A stretch of DNA of 64,000 bases from sequence record NC_012638.1. The stretch is one strand, 5' to 3'. The notes under the pieces are model-generated. The model ran no database searches and was not told the origin of the DNA. It worked only from the letters and a program-made list of their open reading frames with translations. The stretch's first letter is position 1. The number at the start of each line of letters is the position of its first letter. Both the position numbers and the translations under genes were made by a program. Of the stretch, positions 21,473 to 31,949 are shown piece by piece. This DNA comes from Escherichia phage RB14.

Positions 21473-22932
21473 AAACCAGTTACCTCATGAAAATCGCCAA
21501 ATACATCTTCGAACGTATTAGCTTTAGTTTTATCTTCACGTAAACGAATCGCAATTGGAAGAAATAATTTAACGTAATCGGTGCGGCCATCAGATTTTAA
21601 CCAACCGTTGCATTCGCACTCTAGAATTTTTCCAATATAATAATTTTGGTTTTCCATAATGCGAGTACGGTCAAGTTCATGCGATTTTATACCAGCTTTA
21701 TCTTTTAAGCCTGAACCAGCATTTACTTTAATTTTTCCACACTCTGACTCAAGAATAAATCCACCCGCTTTAGTAGGGTCTTTACGGTGAGGATAAATTC
21801 CTACAATTTTTAAATCAACATCAATTACTTCTTTAAATTTATAAAGATTTTTTGAACGAGCATTTTCCCATAATCCATCGATATTTTTGAGAATAATACC
21901 TTCAAGACCTTGGTCAATATACTTTTTGTAAATTACCTTAGCTTCATCTAGGTTATTTACTACTTGGTTTTCAATTAAAATTACTTTATCATAGCCTGAT
22001 GTCATTTGTTCTAGTTTAGAAAAACGTACATCATATTTTAAACGAAACGCTGGAAGACCATATATTTCTACTAATGGAACATAGTCCCAGACCTGAAACT
22101 TCATGCATTGTGCTTCTTTTTCAGAAATGGTTCCCTTTAAAGATTTATTAGCGATTCCATTAGAAGTAGTACGTGATTCAGCTACTTCGGCGAATTCTTT
22201 AGCTTTACTAATTTCAGGATAAGCATCAAAAAGAAAATCTAGGCCTTCTGGTTCCTTTTCAACTTGCTCATGGTATACCAATTCGCCATCAATTAACACA
22301 CCTTCTGGATGAATCTGGCGAGCTTCTGCAGTCATTTTGATTAACTCTTCCTTGAGAAGATCTAATCCTAGATATTCATTACCAGCTCGTGATAAAAGAC
22401 GAACATCATCTAATTCATCACCTCTGACTTCAGCAAAGCACCGAGCTCCATCAGCTTTTAACTGCGCAAAAGCTGGAAACTTAATATTCTTACTAATGCC
22501 TTTTTCATCATAAGAACTTGCCAGCATTTGAGGTTGTTCAGGAATTAAACCTGGCCAAACTTTATTTGCAATAGATACTGAAGCACCGCATTCAAGGTCT
22601 CGCATCATCACCCGACGCAAAACTTCAACATCATCTTTTTTACCGTCAGCAATATATCCAGTTAATTCCTCAATTGCCGCATTTCCGGTCAATTTCCGAG
22701 TAGCTAACGTGAATTCAATGAAGTCAAGCATATCGGTAAGAGTCAACATTCCAAAACTCTGGGTAGCAATACCAGGTTTAGGCCATTTCTTGATATAATA
22801 CTGTAACCCACGAGAATAAGTCAGACGATATACTCGTTTAAGCAATTCATTATCTTTATTCTTTTCAAGAATTGCTTGCTTCTGCTTAGTTGAACCAATA
22901 GATGCTATTTCGTTCAGAATTTTAAGAATCAT
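21469..22932 (-). CDS. 30: ATP-dependent DNA ligase gp30
   Basis: 487-aa ORF; adenylation motif KADGAR; recognised as T4 DNA ligase. Confidence 0.95.
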   Translation of the reverse strand: MILKILNEIASIGSTKQKQAILEKNKDNELLKRVYRLTYSRGLQYYIKKWPKPGIATQSFGMLTLTDMLDFIEFTLATRKLTGNAAIEELTGYIADGKKDDVEVLRRVMMRDLECGASVSIANKVWPGLIPEQPQMLASSYDEKGISKNIKFPAFAQLKADGARCFAEVRGDELDDVRLLSRAGNEYLGLDLLKEELIKMTAEARQIHPEGVLIDGELVYHEQVEKEPEGLDFLFDAYPEISKAKEFAEVAESRTTSNGIANKSLKGTISEKEAQCMKFQVWDYVPLVEIYGLPAFRLKYDVRFSKLEQMTSGYDKVILIENQVVNNLDEAKVIYKKYIDQGLEGIILKNIDGLWENARSKNLYKFKEVIDVDLKIVGIYPHRKDPTKAGGFILESECGKIKVNAGSGLKDKAGIKSHELDRTRIMENQNYYIGKILECECNGWLKSDGRTDYVKLFLPIAIRLREDKTKANTFEDVFGDFHEVTGL

Positions 22933-23198
22933 TGTTCATCCTTTAGAGTTTGGTTTACAGCTCTATTATAAATCAATTCATCATTAAGCTCAGTCAAAGA
23001 CCTGTGGTACGTGGTTCTAACTTTATTTCCTTGCATCCAGTGCTTGACGTAAATGAAACCTTGCTCTACGCATTTTTTAAAAATTCGTTCGTCTTTTTGA
23101 GCTCGGAACTCTGGATTGCATCTAAAAAATTGATTTACGTGACCGTAATCACGTGTAGTATTACCTTCATTTTCATAAATAGTGTGAACGACAAACAT
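22929..23198 (-). CDS. Hypothetical protein (position of T4 30.1)
   Basis: 89-aa ORF. Confidence 0.7.
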   Translation of the reverse strand: MFVVHTIYENEGNTTRDYGHVNQFFRCNPEFRAQKDERIFKKCVEQGFIYVKHWMQGNKVRTTYHRSLTELNDELIYNRAVNQTLKDEQ

Positions 23199-24034
23199 TA
23201 GAATGCTCCTTGGAAAATATTATCACCACCAGTAGGTCTATTATACAAATACTCTATGCCACCAGGTTTAATATAGTTCCATGTCTGAAACGGATGTGTC
23301 TGATATGGATGATATAGATTATAAGGATTAAATCCAGGAGTTCTCCAGGTAGTGTTCCAAGGAAAAGAATCATTTTTAATCATCTTTTCAATTACATCTT
23401 TTATAGCTTTTTCACTATCAAAACTTTCTTTATTTTCCTTCGATGGAAAAAGCTTATTCTCTACATCATTCCATGTATAAACTCGCTGCGCAGTTTTTGG
23501 AATACTGTCACGCTCCCCTCGAGCCATCCAATAAACAGGAACATTTAATATTTCACTCGCGTGATCGCAGTGGTGAGCGAGATCGTCAATATAACAAATT
23601 ACGTTATATTTCTCTTTTGCCTTTTTGAACAACTCTTCTTTTGAAGAATCATGACCACACATCAATACTTCTGAGAAGGCACCAGGAAAAAGAGCATTCA
23701 AATTAAATTGACGATTTAGCAGAGCGTCAATAGAATCACCCAATGCTGTAACAGCTACAAAATTATAATCTTCTTTTAATTTGTTAATTACACACAGGGC
23801 ATCTTTATACGGAGACAAGTAACGAATAAAATCTGAACGATTGTATTTTTCAATTAACTTGACACCAAGTTCTTCATCGCAATTAAAGAGCTTACCAGGA
23901 GAAATAAATTTTTCGTCCTGAATCATTTTTAAAATATGTTCCAACGGAAGATTATATTTTTGGGCAAAATAAGGAAGACCTGATTGCCAGCTTAAACATA
24001 CACCATCAATATCAGTCAAAATAGTAGGCTTCAT
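23198..24034 (-). CDS. HAD-superfamily phosphatase-like protein (position of T4 30.2)
   Basis: 278-aa ORF; N-terminal DxDG motif (ILTDIDGV). Confidence 0.7.
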   Translation of the reverse strand: MKPTILTDIDGVCLSWQSGLPYFAQKYNLPLEHILKMIQDEKFISPGKLFNCDEELGVKLIEKYNRSDFIRYLSPYKDALCVINKLKEDYNFVAVTALGDSIDALLNRQFNLNALFPGAFSEVLMCGHDSSKEELFKKAKEKYNVICYIDDLAHHCDHASEILNVPVYWMARGERDSIPKTAQRVYTWNDVENKLFPSKENKESFDSEKAIKDVIEKMIKNDSFPWNTTWRTPGFNPYNLYHPYQTHPFQTWNYIKPGGIEYLYNRPTGGDNIFQGAF

Positions 24035-24489
24035 AGAGAGTCTCTTAATAGGTTTAACACATCAATAAATTCAGCTTCGGTTAATATTGTATCATCTTTT
24101 GTTAGACTACTAGCCATGCTGTGCTTCAAAACTTTTCCTTTCGAGGCTTGTAATGCATCACGAAAGCCCTTGTTTTGAATCGCTGCCTCAAAATACGCAT
24201 TTGTGTATAATTCTTTCCACGCTGGAGAGTATCTTGAAAACGGAACTCCGAGCCAGAAGAGGGTCCCACGGTCCTGAGCTCTAGCATAAGACCTTCCAGC
24301 TTGTTGGGCGGCAAGCCCGGATAACCCAAATACACGACGTTGCTGTTCAACATTTTTCACCTTACATCCTTGGAGAAATCCTTCAAGACCTCCAAATTGG
24401 ATACCATCCATAACAAAAGGCCATTGGGCGAAATTACTTAATGCACACGATGGCCATCTAAAATTGCTTCTAATCTCTAACTCAGACAT
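24031..24489 (-). CDS. YbiA/NADAR (DUF1768)-like protein (position of T4 30.3)
   Basis: Track start is TTG 24495; ATG at 24489; segment ALSNFAQWPFVMDGIQF resembles the YbiA core FSNFAAWPIKVDGKTW. Confidence 0.65.
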   Translation of the reverse strand: MSELEIRSNFRWPSCALSNFAQWPFVMDGIQFGGLEGFLQGCKVKNVEQQRRVFGLSGLAAQQAGRSYARAQDRGTLFWLGVPFSRYSPAWKELYTNAYFEAAIQNKGFRDALQASKGKVLKHSMASSLTKDDTILTEAEFIDVLNLLRDSL

Positions 24490-24688
24490 TTTCAATACTT
24501 ATAATTTCAACATCAGCCCAATGACCATAGCAAGGAAGACGAAATTCAACTGGCCAGTTAGGGTCCTTTTCTAATATAATAGACTTAACTTGTGGTTCTT
24601 CATGTTCATCAGTATATGGATTTTTATCTGTTACTTTATATGTGACCTTAATGTACTGAATTCCAAAAATCTTATAAATTATATTCAT
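24482..24688 (-). CDS. Hypothetical 68-aa protein
   Basis: ATG start. Confidence 0.6.
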   Translation of the reverse strand: MNIIYKIFGIQYIKVTYKVTDKNPYTDEHEEPQVKSIILEKDPNWPVEFRLPCYGHWADVEIISIENV

Positions 24689-24882
24689 ACTAATTCCTTT
24701 AATCCGTAAATAGGAGATAATTCATCACCCATACGAAGGTCTTCATTTCCATCTACCCAGGAAACAATATAAGCCTCTTTTATTTGAACACCACTCCATT
24801 TAAATGGAGGTAGAACCTTAGAAATTAATCCAGGTATACCAACTCCCTTTAATTCAACAGTTTGACCTAAAAAGAATTTCAT
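24685..24882 (-). CDS. Hypothetical 65-aa protein
   Basis: ATG start. Confidence 0.6.
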   Translation of the reverse strand: MKFFLGQTVELKGVGIPGLISKVLPPFKWSGVQIKEAYIVSWVDGNEDLRMGDELSPIYGLKELV

Positions 24883-25169
24883 CAGAACCTCATCTGAAAG
24901 CCGTGTGATTTAACATTACCGCCGCCAATATCAGAAATATTAATTTCACGCGCAATTGAAGGGTCAATGTCAATTTCACGATTAAGTTTAGCGATAGCTA
25001 AAGTATCACGCCCATTTACTGTACGGAATTCTAAAGGACAAACCACATCAACATAATTTTTAATCGATTCACTGGTAGGTTGCAAATGAGCAGGAAGGTC
25101 TTTAGGCGCCTTAGAGAAAACAACTTCACAGAAATTTTTGCGGGTATCAAAATAAGTAGTCATAAACAT
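24882..25169 (-). CDS. Hypothetical 95-aa protein
   Basis: Track ORF begins at TTG 25220; SD-preceded ATG at 25169 (GAGG, 9 nt). Confidence 0.6.
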   Translation of the reverse strand: MFMTTYFDTRKNFCEVVFSKAPKDLPAHLQPTSESIKNYVDVVCPLEFRTVNGRDTLAIAKLNREIDIDPSIAREINISDIGGGNVKSHGFQMRF

Positions 25170-25186
25170 AGTATTTTCCTCAGTAA

Positions 25187-25211
25187 GGGGCCGAAGCCCC
25201 TTTTTTATTTT
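25187..25211 (+). terminator. Strong plus-strand hairpin plus T-tract inside a minus-strand gene block
   Basis: ggggc-cgaa-gcccc followed by ttttttatttt on + strand. Confidence 0.6.
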
Positions 25212-25575
25212 AAATATCAAATTCGTTAAGAACTACATCAAAGATTGCTTCAAGATGCTCAGGTTTAGCTCTATTACTCAGAATATGACGAATCCAAGTT
25301 TTAACCAGAAGCTTACGATTAACGCCATTCCAGCAAGGATGAGTCCCTAAATCACGTTGACGAAAATCATCATCTAATGCGATTTTAAAAGAAGAACCTT
25401 CTTTCGTGATTGAAACTGTAATACCGTTTTCAAATCGCATATAAACATAGTTAGGAGTCATATACTGTTCAATTTCGCATACTGAACCATTTTGATGTTT
25501 CCAAAGGCAGATAGTATCAATAGAACCTGCAATACCGTTAGAAACATATTTACGTTCAAAGTTGATGTAGTTCAT
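25210..25575 (-). CDS. Hypothetical 121-aa protein
   Basis: Track start is TTG 25587; ATG 25575 preceded by GGAG at 8 nt. Confidence 0.65.
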   Translation of the reverse strand: MNYINFERKYVSNGIAGSIDTICLWKHQNGSVCEIEQYMTPNYVYMRFENGITVSITKEGSSFKIALDDDFRQRDLGTHPCWNGVNRKLLVKTWIRHILSNRAKPEHLEAIFDVVLNEFDI

Positions 25576-25600
25576 TTTATTCTCCAAGATGTTTAATTGC

Positions 25601-25640
25601 GGTACAGGTATATAATATCATATCCTGTACCAAAGTAAAC
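25601..25640 (-). promoter_or_regulatory. T4-type early promoter with inverted repeat
   Basis: On - strand GTTTAC, 17 nt, TATTAT; arms ggtacagg (25601-25608) and cctgtacc (25624-25631). Confidence 0.6.
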
Positions 25641-25642
25641 AA

Positions 25643-25975
25643 TTATTTTACTACTTTCCAATGCTTCATATCAAGTTTACCAACTTTTTTCATCTTCTCA
25701 ATTAAGCGTTCGGCACGTTGGCGAGCTGTAACATAATACCATTCACCTAATTCATTTTGTTCAATTTTTCCAACGATTACTGTATTCAATTCATAAATCC
25801 AACCAGTAAAGAAATTATGAACTTGAATTGTAAAGGTGAAATCTGTTCCCATACCTTCTGTTGTTTCTACTTCAATAATATCACCTTCAACTGCCATTAA
25901 GAACCACATAGTTTCATCATATTTACCATTGAAGCATTTAGTTTTAACTGCAGCGTTCAGATTAATCGTTTTCAT
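25643..25975 (-). CDS. Hypothetical 110-aa protein
   Basis: ATG start. Confidence 0.65.
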   Translation of the reverse strand: MKTINLNAAVKTKCFNGKYDETMWFLMAVEGDIIEVETTEGMGTDFTFTIQVHNFFTGWIYELNTVIVGKIEQNELGEWYYVTARQRAERLIEKMKKVGKLDMKHWKVVK

Positions 25976-26048
25976 TTTATTCTCCTTTGTTTGTGTAAGA
26001 TAATACTATCACAAAGGAACCATACTGTAAACAACTTTGTGCAATCTT

Positions 26049-26081
26049 TGGAAAATAAAAAAGGACTCCCGAAGGAGTCCT
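26049..26081 (-). terminator. Intrinsic terminator (- strand)
   Basis: aggactcc-cgaa-ggagtcct hairpin followed on - strand by UUUUUAUUUU. Confidence 0.8.
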
Positions 26082-26085
26082 CAAC

Positions 26086-26262
26086 TTATGCTTTCTGCTT
26101 ACCAAAACGAGAAGCATCATCTCGAAGAACCGCACGTGCTCGGCGCATGATCTTCTCAACAGTTTGATTGATACGAGAGTTCGACCCACGCTTGTAACCA
26201 GCGCGTTTAGAATCACCAACTTTCTTTTCAACTGCTTTCTTTGCTTTAGCTTGTTTTGCCAT
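26086..26262 (-). CDS. Small Lys/Arg-rich protein (58 aa)
   Basis: MAKQAKAKKAVEKKV...; ATG at 26262 has an upstream GAG; the track extension to 26304 lacks an SD. Confidence 0.55.
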   Translation of the reverse strand: MAKQAKAKKAVEKKVGDSKRAGYKRGSNSRINQTVEKIMRRARAVLRDDASRFGKQKA

Positions 26263-26505
26263 TATAAATTCTCTTTTAAATGAAAATGCAGGACTTATTG
26301 GCATTGCCTGCGCAAGCCCTCAAGGGGAACATAGGTTTTGAATATTTACCGACAGGATAACCATAAACCCGTCATCATTCACATTCAAGAGGTACACCAT
26401 AAAACTGCCGGGGTCTTAAAACTATAATGATTCGCAAATCATTAATCAGACAGTTCGATGGCTCCTCGATTTTAGCTCACACTAAGGCAGTGAATCTCCA
26501 ATAAA

Positions 26506-26754
26506 TTACTTCAATGTTACCACAAAGTGACGAACTGCTTTTCGTGCAGCAGAAGCCAGAGGCTTGGCATATTTAAGTTCATCTTTTTCCTGAAGCTCAG
26601 CAGCTAATGCAGTTTGAGCAGGATTCAGATGTTTGAAATAACGCAGGATTTCAAGAGCTTCGGCTTCAACATCAATAGATGCGCCATAGTTTTCGTGACC
26701 ATTATTCCATGCGTTTCGTTGCAGTTCAAGAGCGTGTTGTAATTGTTTAATCAT
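26506..26754 (-). CDS. rIII: rIII lysis-inhibition accessory protein
   Basis: 82-aa ORF recognised as T4 rIII. Confidence 0.9.
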   Translation of the reverse strand: MIKQLQHALELQRNAWNNGHENYGASIDVEAEALEILRYFKHLNPAQTALAAELQEKDELKYAKPLASAARKAVRHFVVTLK

Positions 26755-26872
26755 TTAAAAATTCTCGTTAGAGATTAAAACTCGGTAGTCACGTTCTTCT
26801 GAATTTCATCTTCTTTCGACAGATCTCTCAGTTGTAGACTACCACATAGAATTGAAACTCAATTCATATTAT

Positions 26873-26880
26873 TATTTATA
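26873..26880 (-). promoter_or_regulatory. Late promoter (TATAAATA on - strand) upstream of rIII
   Basis: TATTTATA on + strand immediately after the gene 31 stop. Confidence 0.6.
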
Positions 26881-27216
26881 TCACTTATAAAGACACGGAA
26901 TAGCTTTATAGTGACAGGTAACGAATTTTTGCTTAATTTCTTTTGGCTGCTTAAGACCCAGAGCTACAAAAGGATGTGGAACGTTTCGAATTTGACCAAC
27001 TGGAAGAGAAGTCAAATCACCAACTTCACAGAAACCTTCAGGAACATCAGGACCAACAGAGTGAATTACACACAGTTCAGGAACTTCACCTTGAACACGT
27101 TTACCGATAATAAGTCCTGATTCTGTAACTTCTTCATCACCGGCTTGTGCAGGTTCAGAAACTAAAATAACATATTCACCGACAGCACGAATTGGTAGCT
27201 GTTGTACTTCAGACAT
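26881..27216 (-). CDS. 31: Co-chaperonin gp31 (GroES analogue)
   Basis: 111-aa ORF recognised as T4 gp31. Confidence 0.92.
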   Translation of the reverse strand: MSEVQQLPIRAVGEYVILVSEPAQAGDEEVTESGLIIGKRVQGEVPELCVIHSVGPDVPEGFCEVGDLTSLPVGQIRNVPHPFVALGLKQPKEIKQKFVTCHYKAIPCLYK

Positions 27217-27272
27217 CGTTTTTCCTTTTTGTTAACAGATGAATTAATAATAACAAATAATTCTTAAAGCAT

Positions 27273-27581
27273 TTATTTACCAATAAATTGGAGTAAATGC
27301 TCAACTTTCATACCATTAACAGAAATCAATTTGTCAATAGAAAAACCTCGCCACTCGCCAAGCTCAACATCAAATACTGGAATCATATCAGTAGATTCTT
27401 TCCGAGCAGATTCAGTCAATTTACCAGTTTGCATGGTTGGCATAAAGTCAGCATCGCGAGTACCTTTCATAGTACGAATAGTACCATCAGACTTTTCAAA
27501 AACTACGTTTGAAATACCCATGGACAATTTAGTTTTCAAAATTTCACGAATTGCTACTTTCTGTTCAGTTGTCAGTTTCAT
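27273..27581 (-). CDS. Hypothetical protein (position of T4 31.1)
   Basis: 102-aa ORF. Confidence 0.7.
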   Translation of the reverse strand: MKLTTEQKVAIREILKTKLSMGISNVVFEKSDGTIRTMKGTRDADFMPTMQTGKLTESARKESTDMIPVFDVELGEWRGFSIDKLISVNGMKVEHLLQFIGK

Positions 27582-27818
27582 TTATTTACCTATTACAGTT
27601 TTAATATGAGTTGTTCCACGTTCTTTAAGGGTGGAAAGTAATTTTTGGCATTTTTCTAAATCAGATTTCCAACTATATGGTCTATCAATACTAGTCCAAT
27701 CAGTTTTATAATACTGTTTCCATTTAGAGAAAAAATATTTCTTATACTCTACAGCAAACGAGATGTTCTCGTTAGAATAAGAACTAATTGCTGTAAGCTT
27801 TACCAAACGAAATTTCAT
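27582..27818 (-). CDS. Hypothetical protein (position of T4 31.2)
   Basis: 78-aa ORF. Confidence 0.65.
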   Translation of the reverse strand: MKFRLVKLTAISSYSNENISFAVEYKKYFFSKWKQYYKTDWTSIDRPYSWKSDLEKCQKLLSTLKERGTTHIKTVIGK

Positions 27819-28399
27819 TATTCACCACAGAATTCGTTGATATTTTCCCAGTTTAACTTATTCAAGTTTTTCTTAGGAACATTAAACACTTCAATACCTG
27901 CATTTCGCAGAATATCATCCCAGCCAGGTTTATTTTTATCGTATGTTTCACAATAAACCAACTTTTTAATTCCAGATTGAGCTATTGCTTTTGCACAATC
28001 TGGACAAGGAGAAAGTGTTACATACATAGTAGCACCTTCAATAGAAGAACCATTTCGTGCAGCAAACAAAATTGCATTTAGTTCAGCATGAATTTCATTT
28101 TTAGACGACCATTCAGAGTGAGCGCTGCGGTGTTCTTTCGCCAAGACAAAACGATCAGTTGAACCAAATGATACACATTCGGGCTTATGACCTTGAATGA
28201 TAGTATGTTTAGGCTTATTCAACAACCAACCTTGCTCAGCAGCATAATCACAGCAATTTACTCCACCTGCCGGAGAACCATTATACCCAGTAGAAATAAT
28301 ACGTCCATTCTTTTCAATTACTGCTCCTACCTTCCAGGAGCAACATTTTGATTCCTGTGATACTAAATATGCAATTTGAAGTACTGTACTCGCTTTCAT
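27818..28399 (-). CDS. cd: dCMP deaminase
   Basis: 193-aa ORF with zinc-binding HAE (HAELNAI) and PCxxC (PCPDCAKAI) motifs. Confidence 0.93.
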   Translation of the reverse strand: MKASTVLQIAYLVSQESKCCSWKVGAVIEKNGRIISTGYNGSPAGGVNCCDYAAEQGWLLNKPKHTIIQGHKPECVSFGSTDRFVLAKEHRSAHSEWSSKNEIHAELNAILFAARNGSSIEGATMYVTLSPCPDCAKAIAQSGIKKLVYCETYDKNKPGWDDILRNAGIEVFNVPKKNLNKLNWENINEFCGE

Positions 28400-28734
28400 T
28401 TCATAATCACCAGATAAGCAGATTTAGCAGTTTCAACACGATAAATTTCGTGACGAAGTTTAGTTATACTTTTAATAACAGAACTAATTATATTCTGCCC
28501 ATCTTTAAAGCGGTTTTTCTTATCAATAAAAATTGCGCCAACCATCTTTTTGTGAAGCTCAACTGGATACTTCGTCACAATAATAGCATCATATACAGAA
28601 GGATGAATACTATTTACTAGAGTGTCATTCATTAAAGTTATTCTAATGAACTGTGCTGTTTCAGAGTCAAGCGCTCTATGATCGCCAGTATCATTTTCAA
28701 GACAATTATCAATTATATCAGTTAAATTCATCAT
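28396..28734 (-). CDS. Hypothetical protein (cd.1 position)
   Basis: 112-aa ORF. Confidence 0.65.
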   Translation of the reverse strand: MMNLTDIIDNCLENDTGDHRALDSETAQFIRITLMNDTLVNSIHPSVYDAIIVTKYPVELHKKMVGAIFIDKKNRFKDGQNIISSVIKSITKLRHEIYRVETAKSAYLVIMK

Positions 28735-28967
28735 AGTACGCCATACACCCTTTGTGCTTCAACTAATCCATCAAAATCTAATTTAAGATGCGATATTTGA
28801 TCGCCATCACCTGGATTCACAATTACTAATACTGAACGAGGAGTTTCGGTAATAACACGAACCGATGTTTCAGGAAATCGTTCAGAAACCTTATTTACCA
28901 ATTCCTGTGCAAATAGCTTAACTTTTTCTTGGAATTCTTTAACAGTAATTGGTTTTTCACTTAGCAT
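28731..28967 (-). CDS. Hypothetical protein (cd.2 position)
   Basis: 78-aa ORF. Confidence 0.65.
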   Translation of the reverse strand: MLSEKPITVKEFQEKVKLFAQELVNKVSERFPETSVRVITETPRSVLVIVNPGDGDQISHLKLDFDGLVEAQRVYGVL

Positions 28968-29488
28968 GTTGATCCCAGCTCCTTACTTTCAACGTTTTTA
29001 ACTAATTTGACAGAAACTAATTCAGCATCTTGAGTAATCATTACCGGGCCTTCTTCATACTCTTCAAGATATTCTAGAGCTTTCTTTTTAGCTTCTTCCT
29101 TCGTATCAGTTTGAGCATAGATATAAAACATACAACCAGTAATACCTACTACTTTCCATTTAATTTCTTTATCAGTTTTAATTTCAAATTTACTGACAGA
29201 ATCATCTTTTTGAACTTCTTCGAAAAAATAATATTCTGACATATAAGTAATTGAAAATAACGGGCTATCTTTATAGCATTCGCCCATTACATCAACAGCT
29301 TTATACCAGCAGTCATCAATTTCACGTTTAATGCTAATAACATTCTTCGCGGGATCAATTTTTACTTTAAATGAATTTTCATCAATAAACTGGGCAATTC
29401 GTTTATTAGCCCCACAAGTTTCATTAAAAATATCTTTATATCCAGCTTTAAAGCGATAAACCTTATCTTCTTCAAACCATTCGCTCAT
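28961..29488 (-). CDS. Hypothetical protein (cd.3 position)
   Basis: ORF to 29503; SD-preceded ATG at 29488 (GAGGAAA), 175 aa. Confidence 0.65.
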   Translation of the reverse strand: MSEWFEEDKVYRFKAGYKDIFNETCGANKRIAQFIDENSFKVKIDPAKNVISIKREIDDCWYKAVDVMGECYKDSPLFSITYMSEYYFFEEVQKDDSVSKFEIKTDKEIKWKVVGITGCMFYIYAQTDTKEEAKKKALEYLEEYEEGPVMITQDAELVSVKLVKNVESKELGSTC

Positions 29489-29550
29489 TTTCAATTTCCT
29501 CATTTGTTTGGTAGAGCTATAATATCACAACTCTACCGTAAAGTAAACTA

Positions 29551-29826
29551 TTAAATTGCTTTGAATTCTGCTGTCTGCGATTCAAAACGAATATCGCCTT
29601 TGATGACTAGCTCAGCATCAAGACCGAATACAACAATGATATGTGCAGAACCTGGATACAACGTGATGGCAATAGAATCCACCTGGTCTGGAAGCAAAGT
29701 GTTCAATACATGAGTCACTTGAGCATGGATTCGAAGCTCAGCTGCGTTATCAAGTTTTTCAAACATATTATTAGCGATAATTTGGCTAAACACTACTTCT
29801 ACGATTTTAGAATAAGTCGGAAACAT
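29551..29826 (-). CDS. Hypothetical protein (cd.4 position)
   Basis: Track start is TTG 29856; ATG 29826 preceded by GAGGT. Confidence 0.6.
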   Translation of the reverse strand: MFPTYSKIVEVVFSQIIANNMFEKLDNAAELRIHAQVTHVLNTLLPDQVDSIAITLYPGSAHIIVVFGLDAELVIKGDIRFESQTAEFKAI

Positions 29827-29828
29827 AT

Positions 29829-30029
29829 TTACCTCACATAATTTTCTTCGAGCCAATCAATAACATCCAACGCATTATCAAAAGTTGAACCATCTACTTT
29901 GTCTTCTGTTTCATAATCAAGAACATCTAAACCTACTCTTCCATCAACAATAGGCCATAAACAAAATAGATATTTCTTTTCTTTTTCAATTTTATCACAA
30001 AGACGATAAATCTTTTCTATGTTATTCAT
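29829..30029 (-). CDS. Hypothetical protein (cd.5 position)
   Basis: 66-aa ORF. Confidence 0.6.
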   Translation of the reverse strand: MNNIEKIYRLCDKIEKEKKYLFCLWPIVDGRVGLDVLDYETEDKVDGSTFDNALDVIDWLEENYVR

Positions 30030-30218
30030 AAGTTTTCCATGGTAAAGGCAGTTTAGTTTTCTTTACTGTTAGTTCAATATCAGGATTCTTTTCTCTTAAT
30101 TTAAGGCATTCCTCCCAAGCTCTGATTTCACTAGTGAATACACAAAATTGCCCATTACTAGTACCGACTAAACCACTATTTACAATAATAATAGCCCAAG
30201 TTTCATGATGCCACGCCA

Positions 30219-30219
<1 letters not shown>
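30022..30219 (-). CDS. Hypothetical 65-aa protein
   Basis: ATG 30219 overlaps pseT stop (TAATG); track ORF extends to 30249 inside pseT. Confidence 0.55.
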
Positions 30220-31422
<1,203 letters not shown>

Positions 31423-31426
<4 letters not shown>

Positions 31427-31653
31427 TTATTTTTCTCAACCAATGATTGAATATAATCATGCAGGTCTTTAGATGCTTTACCCCACTTATTTTGGTATTC
31501 ATTTTTAAGATTAGCACGTGATTGAGCTAATAAAACATCATTAGTTGGAGGTAAAGATTCTAATCGTTGAATCTGTCGTCCATAAATCATTGCAGCCATC
31601 TCGGATTCATAAATTAATCCCTTTAGATGTTCAAATTGATACCATGAAATCAT
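31423..31653 (-). CDS. Hypothetical protein
   Basis: 76-aa ORF. Confidence 0.6.
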
Positions 31654-31949
31654 TTACATTTATCCTCTTTTAACTCTTGACGATAATAACATATCATAGT
31701 TTTCTGGTCATGTACATATCGTTTTACATCATTAAGCCAAATACGAAATTCCTGGGAATCTTCAAATGGCATACCGACCCAAGCTTTACCATCAATAACT
31801 TTAACTTGCCAAGATAGTTTAGCTTCGTCATATGACTTTATTTGTACAGGCCAATTAGGATGAACTGTTTCTTTCTTTACTTCTAGAGGCTTTGTAGAAC
31901 AACCAACTAGAAGACCAATAGATAATATTACTGCGGATAGTTTAATCAT
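31650..31949 (-). CDS. Outer-membrane spanin (lipoprotein, Rz1 equivalent)
   Basis: 99-aa ORF with lipoprotein signal (LLVGCS lipobox). Confidence 0.8.
   Translation of the reverse strand: MIKLSAVILSIGLLVGCSTKPLEVKKETVHPNWPVQIKSYDEAKLSWQVKVIDGKAWVGMPFEDSQEFRIWLNDVKRYVHDQKTMICYYRQELKEDKCK

Noticed and set aside
25977-26231. 84-aa ORF overlapping the small basic ORF
   Set aside because: It overlaps 26086-26262 in another frame and its start lies upstream of the strong terminator; the Lys/Arg-rich frame with an SD is the more plausible gene.
26305-26505. Candidate small RNA in the gap downstream of rIII
   Set aside because: No promoter motif, stable hairpin or terminator was found to define a transcript; kept only as a low-interest finding.
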